Positions 10,324 through 19,716 are shown, numbered from the stretch's first letter. The stretch: 23,477 bases of DNA from Opitutales bacterium (GCA_049599475.1 JBMYOQ010000065.1:1-23477); one strand, 5' to 3'. Numbers and translations are program-made. Notes: generated by a model not told the origin, from the sequence alone.

Positions 10324-11241
10324 ATGAACTCCCCCCTCGCAACTGTCATTTTATGGATCCTCATGGGATTCGCCGGTTCGCTATGTGCGGAAACTGTTTC
10401 TTGGTGGCGGTTTGAGACGGACGATGATGCTTCGGCGCAAGGTCTATCCAATCCAAACGAAATTGGAGGGGAACCCGCGCTGATATCTAACAACGCTGTC
10501 TTAGGCACACAAGCCCCTGACTTGTTCGCCGAAGAGGTGCCCGGACCTCAGGTTCCAAACACCGCGAGTGTGCGGTCTGCCACCCAAGGTGGTGTTGCTG
10601 GAATATTCGGGAGCGCCGCCTATTCAAGTACGCTCGATGTGGAGTCTATTACTGTCGAATTTTGGGTGCGCACTACGGAGAGTGACGCCGGTTTCATCGC
10701 TAGAACCACCGATCCGAGTGTTGCTGGAGAGCAGGGCAGCATCACAGACGGATTTCGCATCGTGGATCCAAACAGCGTGCGCGTCGACTTTTGGACCGCC
10801 GAAACTCGGCGAAATGGCACTTACCGAACTGGGGGTCGAGCTTCGCGACGCCCAGCTCAGACGACCCTTGATTCAGGAGTGTCGATCAATGATGGGGACT
10901 GGCATTACATTGCCTTTCGTTACGATGCGGCAACTGGCACTGCGCGACTCACTGTAGGCTTCAACGAAACTGAGGTAGACTTGAACGACGGACGGGTCAT
11001 GTATTGGGGCGGTTCGAGACCGGGTGACGAATCGCCTACCGTGACAATGGGGTATCGCTTGGACGGGAACTCTGGAAATAACACAGGTACACTCGATGAG
11101 GTGCGTTTCACCGATCAGTTTGAAGATAACAATGACCTACTCTCACCCATTCCAGAACCGGGCACCATATTGATGGCGAGCCTGGTCGCAATTTTCGCAT
11201 TCTACGGTGAATGGAGACGGCGGGTTTCCGCAAAGGCGTAA
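10324..11241 (+). CDS. PEP-CTERM sorting-domain protein with LamG/concanavalin-like domain (paralog 2)
   Basis: Same framework as paralog 1; C-terminus IPEPGTILMASLVAIFAFYGEWRRR. Confidence 0.9.
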   Translation: MNSPLATVILWILMGFAGSLCAETVSWWRFETDDDASAQGLSNPNEIGGEPALISNNAVLGTQAPDLFAEEVPGPQVPNTASVRSATQGGVAGIFGSAAYSSTLDVESITVEFWVRTTESDAGFIARTTDPSVAGEQGSITDGFRIVDPNSVRVDFWTAETRRNGTYRTGGRASRRPAQTTLDSGVSINDGDWHYIAFRYDAATGTARLTVGFNETEVDLNDGRVMYWGGSRPGDESPTVTMGYRLDGNSGNNTGTLDEVRFTDQFEDNNDLLSPIPEPGTILMASLVAIFAFYGEWRRRVSAKA

Positions 11242-11267
11242 ACGCCAGGGCGAGCCTATTGTAATGG

Positions 11268-11668
11268 CATTGTCCTCAATGTCCGTCGCCTTAAGAGTAT
11301 TTTAAGGGGTAGCGTCGGTTGACCTCAGCCGACATGACTCGGCCTTAGCCGCCGTAGCTAACGCGCTCATGCCCGTTGGGTCAACGGGCTCTACCCTTCG
11401 ATGCAAGGTGAAGGAAAGTGATTCCCAAAAAACTCTAAAGGCAGCGCCATTGCTTCACCATCTCCGGTAAGCTTCCGTCCATTGTCCTCAATGTCCATCG
11501 CCTTAAGAGTATTTTAAGGGGTAGCGTCGGTTGACCTCAGCCGACATGACTCGGCCTTAGCCGCCGTAGCTAACGCGCTCATGCCCGTTGGGTCAACGGG
11601 CTCTGCCCTTCGATGTAAAGTGAAGGATAGTGATTCCCAAAAAACTCTAAAGGCTTCGCCATCTCCGG
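11268..11668. repeat. Tandem direct repeat with 212-bp period; each unit contains a GTAG-type REP-like pair and several hairpins
   Basis: 11268-11442 versus 11480-11654 match at 170/175 by manual alignment. Each unit has GGGTAGCGTCGGTTGACCTCAGCCGAC ... GCCCGTTGGGTCAACGGGCTCTRCCC. Confidence 0.9.
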
Positions 11669-11707
11669 CATTCCTCCGGCAAGCACAGCGTCACTCCCGT
11701 AAATTTG

Positions 11708-11730
11708 GGTAGCGGCCGATCTCCGAGCGG
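11708..11730 (+). repeat. Solo GTAG REP copy
   Basis: GGTAGCGGCCGATCTCCGAGCGG has one mismatch to GGTAGCGGCCGCTCTCCGAGCGG at 18612-18634. Confidence 0.75.
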
Positions 11731-11749
11731 CGGAATTACGCTCGTTACG

Positions 11750-12166
11750 CTATTCTTCTTCGAGCGGTTCGACTTCACGGTAGAAGACCAAGTCTCCGGC
11801 AATCGGATTTCCTGACTCGATAGTAAAGGTCCTTACGCGGCGACGTTGCAGGAGCTGCTCCCCCAATACGCCGGAAAATACGCCGTCTGGGGTCCGAGTG
11901 ACGATCTCAATGTTTTCAGGCAAACGCTCGATCCACAGGTCGGTGAGGACCGTGGCCACGCGTTCTCGTGCGTCGGGTGTGAGAATCGTGCCCAGGGGCT
12001 GGAGATCTGCCAATTCGAAGACTTCTCTCGGATCCTCCTCGTCGGCACTACCGAGTTCGCCGCCACGAGATGGTTCGGCTGTCCGTTCACTGCAGCCCAG
12101 GGACAACAACAATCCCAGGGCAAGCGCAGGCAGTCCGATGAATCGATGCCAATGCGCGCAGCTCAC
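11750..12166 (-). CDS. Small hypothetical lipoprotein
   Basis: Hydrophobic leader ending in lipobox LSLG-C; starts 14 nt after the rpoD stop on the same strand. Confidence 0.65.
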   Translation of the reverse strand: MSCAHWHRFIGLPALALGLLLSLGCSERTAEPSRGGELGSADEEDPREVFELADLQPLGTILTPDARERVATVLTDLWIERLPENIEIVTRTPDGVFSGVLGEQLLQRRRVRTFTIESGNPIAGDLVFYREVEPLEEE

Positions 12167-12180
12167 TGGGATGCTCTCGA

Positions 12181-13923
12181 CTAGCGCTTGAAGTTCTCGA
12201 AACCGTGGGTCTCGGGATTGATGTCGCCTTCGAAGAAGCCGTGGAGCTGGCGAATACGGGTCGGGTGGCGCATCTTACGAAGTGCCTTAGCCTCAATCTG
12301 ACGAATACGCTCACGAGTCACCTTAAACTGGCGTCCGACTTCTTCCAGGGTGCGGCTGTAGCCGTCTTGGAGACCGAAGCGGAGAGACAGCACGCGACGC
12401 TCGCGCTCAGTCAAAGAGTCGAGGACATCCATGATCTTTTCCCGCAGGAGCGAATAGGCCGTCATGTCGTAAGGGTTTTCTGCTCCCTTATCTTCGATGA
12501 AATCGCCAAAGTTGGTATCGTCGCTATCACCGACAGGGCTCTGGAGTGAAATGGGCTGCTGTGCCATCTTCATGATGGACTGCACGCGCTCGACCGGAAG
12601 GTTCATTTCTTCAGCAACTTCGTCTGGAGTCGGCTCGTGACCGAGTTCCTGGAGAAGCTGCTTCTGGACCTGCATTACCTTGTTCAAGGTTTCGATCATG
12701 TGCACCGGGATACGGATAGTCCGTGCTTGGTCGGCGATCGAGCGGGTAATAGCCTGGCGGATCCACCATGTCGCGTAGGTCGAGAACTTGTAACCGCGGC
12801 GGTATTCAAATTTCTCAACAGCCTTCATGAGGCCCATGTTTCCTTCCTGAATCAAGTCGAGGAAGTTCAGGCCACGATTGGTGTATTTCTTGGCGATCGA
12901 AATAACGAGGCGCAAGTTGGCTTCCACCATCTCAGTCTTCGCCTTGTGAGCCGCACGCATGTATTTGCGCACATCGCGGATCAGTTCGACGAGGCTTTCA
13001 GGGTCAAAGCGGAACTGCTCGCGGATCTCACCCAAGCGATTGTGGATCGCTTCGGTGTCGATATTGCGGCGACGTCCAGTGACTTTCTCGGCGAGCGCCA
13101 AGTTTTCCACACCGCTGTTGATCTCGCGCAGGATGGGGTCGATGGTGATCAACCACTCTTCGAAGACCTTCAGTTTGAGGCAGAATTTCTTGAAGATGGG
13201 CTTCAGCTTGGCTTCAGCCTTGGTGTAATTGGTTTGCAGGCTCTTGAGGGTAGCTTCGTCCTCAGGATCCACGTCCTTCATTTTAGCCCAGTATTCATCG
13301 AGCTGAGAATTGATTTTCTCTGCGTCGGCTAAAAGCTTGGGAAGTGCAGTAAAGTAAGCTTCGCGGCTTTCGATCTTCTTATCGAGTACGATACGGTCGA
13401 AGCGCTCTTCGCGATTGAGGAGCTTCTGGATAAGCTCGATTTGGTATGGCGCTGCGATACCTACCGAGAAAAGGATGTTTGCGGCCTTCTGTTCTGCAGT
13501 CTCAATGCGCTTTGAGATAGATACCTCTTCTTCACGTGTGAGGAGAGGCACCTGACCCATCTGCTTGAGATACATGCGGACAGGATCGTCGATCATGTCC
13601 GCCTGGCTGGAGCGTACTTCCTGCTCCTCAGATTCCTCCATACGCGCCTTGTATGTCTCGACTTCGGAATCGTCCAAAATGTCGACTTCAAGGTTCTCGA
13701 GGATGCTGATTACATTCTCAATCTCGTCAGGATTATTTACGCTCTCAGGGAGAGACTTATTGATATCCTTGTACGTGAGATAGCCCTGCTCCTTCGACTG
13801 ACGGATCAGTAGACGGATACGCTCGTTGAGGCGGGCTTGAGATTTAGTCAGCTCTGCTGAAACATTATCTTCACCGGGTGTAGAATCTTTGTTCTCGGAA
13901 TCAGCGGTCTTTTTGGTGGCCAT
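12181..13923 (-). CDS. rpoD: RNA polymerase primary sigma factor sigma70
   Basis: Region 1.1, [40 protein letters not shown] and [15 protein letters not shown]. Confidence 0.98.
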   Translation of the reverse strand: MATKKTADSENKDSTPGEDNVSAELTKSQARLNERIRLLIRQSKEQGYLTYKDINKSLPESVNNPDEIENVISILENLEVDILDDSEVETYKARMEESEEQEVRSSQADMIDDPVRMYLKQMGQVPLLTREEEVSISKRIETAEQKAANILFSVGIAAPYQIELIQKLLNREERFDRIVLDKKIESREAYFTALPKLLADAEKINSQLDEYWAKMKDVDPEDEATLKSLQTNYTKAEAKLKPIFKKFCLKLKVFEEWLITIDPILREINSGVENLALAEKVTGRRRNIDTEAIHNRLGEIREQFRFDPESLVELIRDVRKYMRAAHKAKTEMVEANLRLVISIAKKYTNRGLNFLDLIQEGNMGLMKAVEKFEYRRGYKFSTYATWWIRQAITRSIADQARTIRIPVHMIETLNKVMQVQKQLLQELGHEPTPDEVAEEMNLPVERVQSIMKMAQQPISLQSPVGDSDDTNFGDFIEDKGAENPYDMTAYSLLREKIMDVLDSLTERERRVLSLRFGLQDGYSRTLEEVGRQFKVTRERIRQIEAKALRKMRHPTRIRQLHGFFEGDINPETHGFENFKR

Positions 13924-13955
13924 GGCTGGGTGTGAAACGGATGTAAACGGAAATG

Positions 13956-15794
13956 TTAAAGTGGAAGAAGGGGAGTAGTGCGGGCTTTTCTTAACGCAAT
14001 ACGCTCTCTTGAAAGTTCGAAAGCTTCGTCGGAGTCGGGTGAAGCACTGAGAATCTGCTCATTGATTCGCTGGAGCCGCCCTTGTACCATATTTTGATAC
14101 AGGCTGTTGATTGCCGTTTTTGTGGCTTTTTCCGGCTCTTCAAGGGGCATTTCAATGATTTGTAATTCGTAAATAAGGTTTTGTTCCTGATCGGTCTCCA
14201 GGAGAGGTGTAATTGACGCTGAACCTTCCCAAATTCCGTGATTGATCTCGGAGAGGACGCGTCTTAAGACTTCAGACGCTATAGAATCGCTCTCGATCCA
14301 AGAAATATCGACGTGTTCAGCGATAAATTCAGCAAAGTTCTCATAGCGCAAAAGGAGCCAAAGTAGCTGTGATTCTACCCTTGTCAATGTACTTGTGCTG
14401 CCTTCTTTCGGTTTAGTTTCGGGTGTCTGAGCGGGCTGATTTTGCGGTGAACGGTGCGCTTGGCGTTTTTTGTACTGATTGTAGTCCCGCATGAGGGCGT
14501 CGGGTGCAACACCCCATAGGCGCGAAATTTCGTCCAAGTAGTCCTGCTCGAGGACGGCAGAGTCTACCGCTTTGACCATTTCGAAGATTGATCTGAGCGC
14601 AGATTGCTTGTCTGCCGGTGTAGCCTTGTTGTCTGGAAGCATGGCCCCGCGCGCAAATTGCATGGCGCTCCGCGTCTGTGAAAATGTTTCCTTTAAGGCA
14701 TCGGCCCCAGATTCTTTGACGATAGTATCGGGGTCCGCGCCCTCTGGGAGTACGACGACGCTGACCTCCAACCCCGCCTTCAGCGCGATCGGCAATGCGC
14801 GCAGCGCGGCCTTTTGCCCGGCGCTATCGCCATCGAGCACGAGAGTGAGCTTCGGGGTGAGTTTCCGGATCGCTGAGACTTGTTGCTCAGTAATCGAGGT
14901 GCCTTGGGGAGCAATGGTGTTGGGAATGCCGGACTCGGTGCAGCGAATCGCATCGAGTTGCCCTTCCACCATGTAAAGAATGTCTGTCTCCTTGAGTGCG
15001 AGACGCGCGCTATCCAGGTTGAACAGGATATTGCTCTTATGGAAAATAGGGGTTTCCGGGCTGTTTACGTATTTGGCCTCGCGGGCGATGTCGTCTTCCG
15101 GGGTGCGTTCAGTTACGCGTGCGGTGAAGGCGATGATACGCGCATTGTTGTCGCGGATCGGGATCATCAGACGCCCCACGAAGCGGCAGCGTGCGCGGGA
15201 GGCCTGAGTCTGGTTCTCTTTGAGATAAAAGAGTCCAGACTGTTGCAGAGCGTCTCCGCTGAAACCCTTGGATTTCAGAAATGCGAACAGGGCAAAGGGA
15301 TCTGTCGGAGCCCAGCCGACGCGGTAGCTCTCCGCCGTCTCAGCCTTGAAAGCCCGGTTGTTTTCCCAATAGTCGCGCACCCATTCTCCATCCTCATTCT
15401 TGGCCTGGAAGGCTTGGTGGAACCAATAGGTAGCCTGCTCATGGATGCTGTAAAGTTCCTGTTTGAGGCTCCGCTCCTCTTTGGTGGGACCGCCTGCCTC
15501 GTATTCGATTGGGACATTGAAGCGCTTCGCGAGGATCTCGATAGCTTCCTGAAAGCTGACATTCTCGACCTCTTGGATGAATTTAAAGTGGTCTCCTGCA
15601 TTGCCCGTACTGAAGCATTTATAGAAACCTTTGTCTGGGTGGACGTAGAATGAGGGCGTTTTCTCCTGGGTAAAGGGGCTTAGGCCTTTCCAGCTTCGGC
15701 CAACGCGCTTGAGTGAAACGTGCGGGGAGACGACGTCGACCAAGTCCACTCGGAGGCGGATGTCTTCAATCGTTTTTCTCGCAATGATCGGCAT
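13956..15794 (-). CDS. dnaG: DNA primase
   Basis: N-terminal zinc-finger-like domain ([13 protein letters not shown]...YKCFSTG), [16 protein letters not shown] and TOPRIM DGDSAG; directly upstream of rpoD. Confidence 0.97.
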   Translation of the reverse strand: MPIIARKTIEDIRLRVDLVDVVSPHVSLKRVGRSWKGLSPFTQEKTPSFYVHPDKGFYKCFSTGNAGDHFKFIQEVENVSFQEAIEILAKRFNVPIEYEAGGPTKEERSLKQELYSIHEQATYWFHQAFQAKNEDGEWVRDYWENNRAFKAETAESYRVGWAPTDPFALFAFLKSKGFSGDALQQSGLFYLKENQTQASRARCRFVGRLMIPIRDNNARIIAFTARVTERTPEDDIAREAKYVNSPETPIFHKSNILFNLDSARLALKETDILYMVEGQLDAIRCTESGIPNTIAPQGTSITEQQVSAIRKLTPKLTLVLDGDSAGQKAALRALPIALKAGLEVSVVVLPEGADPDTIVKESGADALKETFSQTRSAMQFARGAMLPDNKATPADKQSALRSIFEMVKAVDSAVLEQDYLDEISRLWGVAPDALMRDYNQYKKRQAHRSPQNQPAQTPETKPKEGSTSTLTRVESQLLWLLLRYENFAEFIAEHVDISWIESDSIASEVLRRVLSEINHGIWEGSASITPLLETDQEQNLIYELQIIEMPLEEPEKATKTAINSLYQNMVQGRLQRINEQILSASPDSDEAFELSRERIALRKARTTPLLPL

Positions 15795-15851
15795 AGTCGG
15801 AGGAGGGGATTTGATATCTCATTGCTGAAATATCAACCCAATAGCGGTGGC

Positions 15852-17477
15852 TTACCTACCGAGCAGGCGTTGCCTTACGGCTGGGACTTGAGGATCGTTG
15901 GGTGCGAGCTGGATAAATTGGTTATAATAGAAGCGAGCGATGCGGTCGTTTTGCTCGATGCGCTCATAGGCTCGTGCGAGCAGCAGGGTAATGGTGGCAT
16001 TATCCGGGAAGCGTTCTTTGGCGTCCTGGATCGAGCGCATGAGCTTGGCGGGATCTCCGAGAGTCTGCACAAAGCGTAGATAGCGGATACGAAGGTCTGC
16101 ATATTCTGGCGCATGGCGCATGGCCTCGAGTAGGGCGATTTCCGCTTTGCGGCCTTCATTTTGCATCTGGTAGGCATCGGCAAGCTTTTCCCAGACCAGG
16201 GAATTTTCAGGGTCGTAGGATTGCGCATCGTAGTATGCGTCGATCGCTGTCTCTGGATCTTGCGAGGCGAGCGCTGCATCGCCGCGGAGTATGGCTTCTT
16301 CGAAAGGTGTCAGGGTGCCTGCGGGTGCGGACTCCGTCGGCTCTTCTGTCTCTGCGGGAGGCGCGCTTGTATCGGCTGGAGAGAAGTCTGTCGCCAGGAG
16401 CTCTGCGTCTGAGAGTGGCTGTGTGTCGCTAGAGGCATCGGCTGGAGGGGCAGTGTCCTCGGCGGATGTTTCTGCGGGCTCGGTTTGGGCCAGGGCTTCA
16501 GCGCTGTCTTCAGTGGTAGCCTCGGGGGTCTCGGCAGGTTCGTCTGCCGGCTCGGCGTCGTCAGGGGGGGTTACCTCGATTTCTTCGGTGGCCTCAGTAG
16601 CTTCTTGTTCTGCCTGGGCCGCGAGGAGTTCGGCTTGAGCCTGGGCTGCGGCTTCCTCTTGCCGGCGGCGTTCTTCTTCCATGGCCAATTTAGCCGCATT
16701 CCAGTCTGCTAGCTGCTGACGGAGCGGGGCGAGGTCACTCGAATCGAAGGCTCCCGGGAGTTGTTGGTCCATAGAACCAATCCGTGTTTCTACTTCGGGC
16801 CAATTATTGTCCTGCGCGGCAATGCGTATGAGTTTCAGCTGAGCGGGAAGCGAGACGCTGAAATCATCGCTTGATTCAATGCGCGAAAAATATCGTCGAG
16901 CTTGGACGGAGTTCCCCTGATTCATGAAGAGCTCTCCGAGAGTCAGAGAGTCTATGGGACGAATGGCCTGGGGTGCCTGTTTCTCGGCCTCCAGCATAAG
17001 GCCCAGTGCTTCGGATTGCCTCCCTTTCTCGAGAATGAGTTGAGCGAGCGACAGCTTCGACTGTGCATCATCATTGAAGACATCCAGATACGAGCGAAAG
17101 GCTTCGATGGCAGATTCGTTGTCGCCGACCTCCTTGAATGCTTGGCCAGCTTCCTTGGCAAAGTGCAACAAATCGGGATCTGCTCGATAGGCCTGCTGGA
17201 GCAAAACTGCGCCCTCGAAAGGATTCCCGCTGCGGACGTGGCTGAGGCCGACTAGAGTTTTGATCTCTAGGTTTTCAGGGAAAATTGTTAGGTAAGGGTC
17301 GAGGCTGCTGATGACGACGGGATATGAGCCGGACTCGTAAGCCGATTTTGCTGTTTCAAGGGCACGGGCAAAACGCTTTTCGGTCTGATCGCATCCGAGC
17401 AAAAGCAGCATAATTCCGAAAATTGCCACGAAGGCGGGAACCGATTGGATTCGTATGCGTTTAAAGCTTGAAGGCAT
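15852..17477 (-). CDS. TPR-repeat lipoprotein with an acidic low-complexity linker
   Basis: Lipobox LLLG-C; N- and C-terminal TPR blocks separated by a coiled-coil and a Glu/Ala/Pro/Thr-rich linker (about 16290-16690). Confidence 0.8.
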   Translation of the reverse strand: MPSSFKRIRIQSVPAFVAIFGIMLLLLGCDQTEKRFARALETAKSAYESGSYPVVISSLDPYLTIFPENLEIKTLVGLSHVRSGNPFEGAVLLQQAYRADPDLLHFAKEAGQAFKEVGDNESAIEAFRSYLDVFNDDAQSKLSLAQLILEKGRQSEALGLMLEAEKQAPQAIRPIDSLTLGELFMNQGNSVQARRYFSRIESSDDFSVSLPAQLKLIRIAAQDNNWPEVETRIGSMDQQLPGAFDSSDLAPLRQQLADWNAAKLAMEEERRRQEEAAAQAQAELLAAQAEQEATEATEEIEVTPPDDAEPADEPAETPEATTEDSAEALAQTEPAETSAEDTAPPADASSDTQPLSDAELLATDFSPADTSAPPAETEEPTESAPAGTLTPFEEAILRGDAALASQDPETAIDAYYDAQSYDPENSLVWEKLADAYQMQNEGRKAEIALLEAMRHAPEYADLRIRYLRFVQTLGDPAKLMRSIQDAKERFPDNATITLLLARAYERIEQNDRIARFYYNQFIQLAPNDPQVPAVRQRLLGR

Positions 17478-17546
17478 TGATAGAGTATTGAAAACGTGTT
17501 AACTGTGGAGATGCAAGTCATCAGGTGTATTCGGACTCTGATTCAT

Positions 17547-18575
17547 ATGAAAGCTCTGGCTTTTTGCGGGCTTTGGGCGTCGCTTGCGTGGGCGCAAGAG
17601 GGCCTGATATACCAGGACCCGTATGCGGAGTTCCTTTGGGAAACGCAAGTTGCTGCCGAAGTTCCCGATTCTTACAAGAGCTCCGTCGAAGCGTTACTGC
17701 AGGCTTATGAAGCTCAAGCGGGCGAGCGAATCAATCCAGGAGACACGGGGAGAGTTGCCTTAAAACTCTATACCGCTTCCGGGGCCGGTCTCTCGACGCC
17801 TCAGGCCTTGGTATCGGCTCTTGGTGATGCTTTGCAGGCCCGTGGCTTTGAACGGAAGAATATTTATCTGGTTGATTATGACTCTCGAGGGCTGAAGGCT
17901 GCTGGATATGTCGCACCCTTGAGTGTGGGATCTTACACCTTTGATGGCATGCCAGTCATCGCCTTGGATGAGGGCGCGTATTTTAATGATATATGGTTTT
18001 ACGATAATGCGCTGCCTCCGAGACGCCCTAGGAGCTTTTCCTCATCTCCGATTCTAGAGGAGGAGCGGAGCAATATCGTGACGGAAGAAGAGCGTCGCAG
18101 CTACCTGCCGACACCTTTGTTTCTGGATACGGATTTTTGGATTAACCTCCCGATGTTTACGGATCATGCGGTGATGACAATGAACGGGGCTTTGGTGAAT
18201 GCGACGCTTCGATCCGTTTCAAACGCTGAACGCTTTTTGAAAAGCCGCGCGACGGGGCCTGTCGCCGTGGCGGAGATCGCTGCTATACCCGAGCTCCGCG
18301 AAAAGTGGAAGTTCAGCATAGCATCCCTTTCGGCCTACCAATACATCGGAGGGCCTCGATTTAATGCTCACTACACGCGTTCTGAACCGGTGCTCTGGCT
18401 GAGTACTAATCCTACCGCGATGGATGCCATGGCTTTAGAGCTTGTAAACCAAGCGCGCAAAGAGATGGGTTTCGATGCGGTAAATTTGAAGCATCCACTT
18501 TTTGAATACGCGGAGGCCTTGGGTCTCGGGTTTGCAGATGAGTCGCGCTTGCAGGTTATTTCCGTGGAGCCTTGA
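17547..18575 (+). CDS. Secreted DUF362-like protein (divergent motifs)
   Basis: Signal peptide AWA-Q. PGD..VALK, INLP...DH, S.NP.AMDA and YAEALGLG segments align by eye to the DUF362 pattern. Start 17547 preferred. Confidence 0.65.
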   Translation: MKALAFCGLWASLAWAQEGLIYQDPYAEFLWETQVAAEVPDSYKSSVEALLQAYEAQAGERINPGDTGRVALKLYTASGAGLSTPQALVSALGDALQARGFERKNIYLVDYDSRGLKAAGYVAPLSVGSYTFDGMPVIALDEGAYFNDIWFYDNALPPRRPRSFSSSPILEEERSNIVTEEERRSYLPTPLFLDTDFWINLPMFTDHAVMTMNGALVNATLRSVSNAERFLKSRATGPVAVAEIAAIPELREKWKFSIASLSAYQYIGGPRFNAHYTRSEPVLWLSTNPTAMDAMALELVNQARKEMGFDAVNLKHPLFEYAEALGLGFADESRLQVISVEP

Positions 18576-18608
18576 GGGTGAAGCGGGTGTCTGCAAAATA
18601 AGGATGTC

Positions 18609-18715
18609 AAAGGTAGCGGCCGCTCTCCGAGCGGTCGAAAGAGCGTAGTAGGTCGTTAAGAATTGATGTAATATGTGATCTGGGCTTCACCGCTCGGAGA
18701 GCGGCTTCTACCTTT
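18609..18715. repeat. GTAG-type REP inverted pair (REPIN)
   Basis: 18609-18635 AAAGGTAGCGGCCGCTCTCCGAGCGGT versus the reverse complement of 18689-18715, AAAGGTAGAAGCCGCTCTCCGAGCGGT (25/27). Confidence 0.82.
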
Positions 18716-18755
18716 CGGTGCTCCTACAGTTAGTGTTATTGTTTCTTCTGTCATA

Positions 18756-18999
18756 GTACGGAGGTGTGCCCTCCGGTAGGCATGTCGGAGATCGCGAAGC
18801 ATCACTCACCTTCAGTTCAAATAAAAAGCATTCTAAAGGTAGCGGCTGACGCCCTCGGCAGCCATAACTCGGCTTAGCCGTCCGAACTGGAGCGCCGATG
18901 ATCGCCCAGTGGTCGATCGCTACCTCTTAAATGATCAATAAGGTAGCGACATTGCTTAGCCATCTCCTGTAAACTTCCGTCGAGCGCACACCTCCCTAC
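18756..18999. repeat. Nested REP-like pairs (outer 18756-18773/18982-18999; inner 18837-18850/18912-18925)
   Basis: Outer GTACGGAGGTGTGCCCTC versus reverse complement GTAGGGAGGTGTGCGCTC (16/18). Inner AGGTAGCGGCTGAC versus reverse complement AGGTAGCGATCGAC (11/14). Confidence 0.65.
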
Positions 19000-19013
19000 C
19001 TGCCGATGAGAAT

Positions 19014-19712
19014 TTATCTCACCCGAACTTTAAACCCTTTTTGTGTGAGCGTTTCAGCGCAGTCTCGGATGGCTACCCTTTGTGCTGATTTCTCAGGATA
19101 ACCTTGCTTTTGCATTCTTGGAGTCGGTCGTACTTCCTGAAGAACGAGTGGCGACGGGTAGACGCATTGTGCGACAGATTCGAGATCTTTTTCGGAATGC
19201 CAGTCGGGCACGACTGTGGTGCGAAACTCGTGGTCGATACCGGATTCCTGAATGGCTTGAATGCTTCCGAGGATTTTTTCTGGGTCGATGGGGCAACCTG
19301 TTAATTGGGAATAGCGGCTTAGCCCGGTCTTTACGTCCATGGCTATGTAGTCGATTTCCTCGGTTTGTATCAATGATCGTAGTCTCGAAGAAAATACACC
19401 ACTGGTGTCGAGCTTCACTCTCAGATTGTAGCCTGTGCACTGGTTAATGAATTTTCCGATACCTCGATGAGCGAGCGGTTCGCCTCCGGTGATGACGACG
19501 CCATCGAGCATCTTGGATCGCTTCTCCAGGTGATTCCAAATATTAGATTCGGGGATGAGTTCGGAGCGATCTCGGATTTGAGTGAGGCTTGGGTTGTGGC
19601 AATAGAAACAGGATAAAGGACATCCCTGGGTGAACACGACGCTCGCTGTGTGCCCAGGGAAGTCTATGAGAGATAGCGGGGTGTAGCCGCCGATCGGGAT
19701 ACTCTCCTTCAT
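19014..19712 (-). CDS. nrdG: Anaerobic ribonucleoside-triphosphate reductase activating protein (radical SAM)
   Basis: SLIDFPG..ASVVFTQGCPLSCFYCHNP (CxxxCxxC), GVVITGGEP and EFRTTVVP. The ATG at 19712 lies 4 nt after the nrdD stop. Confidence 0.95.
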   Translation of the reverse strand: MKESIPIGGYTPLSLIDFPGHTASVVFTQGCPLSCFYCHNPSLTQIRDRSELIPESNIWNHLEKRSKMLDGVVITGGEPLAHRGIGKFINQCTGYNLRVKLDTSGVFSSRLRSLIQTEEIDYIAMDVKTGLSRYSQLTGCPIDPEKILGSIQAIQESGIDHEFRTTVVPDWHSEKDLESVAQCVYPSPLVLQEVRPTPRMQKQGYPEKSAQRVAIRDCAETLTQKGFKVRVR

Positions 19713-19716
19713 TGAG

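Noticed and set aside
9269..11241. Diversity-generating retroelement or shufflon behind the paralog differences
   Set aside because: No reverse transcriptase or recombinase is present. Differences are mostly synonymous plus indels and are not adenine-specific.
11268..11668. Possible CRISPR array
   Set aside because: Only two long (~212-bp) units, no unique spacers between short repeats, and no cas genes.
12637..13332. 231-aa plus-strand ORF
   Set aside because: Lies entirely antisense to rpoD; a typical shadow ORF with no recognisable motifs.
14880..15653. 257-aa plus-strand ORF
   Set aside because: Antisense shadow of dnaG.
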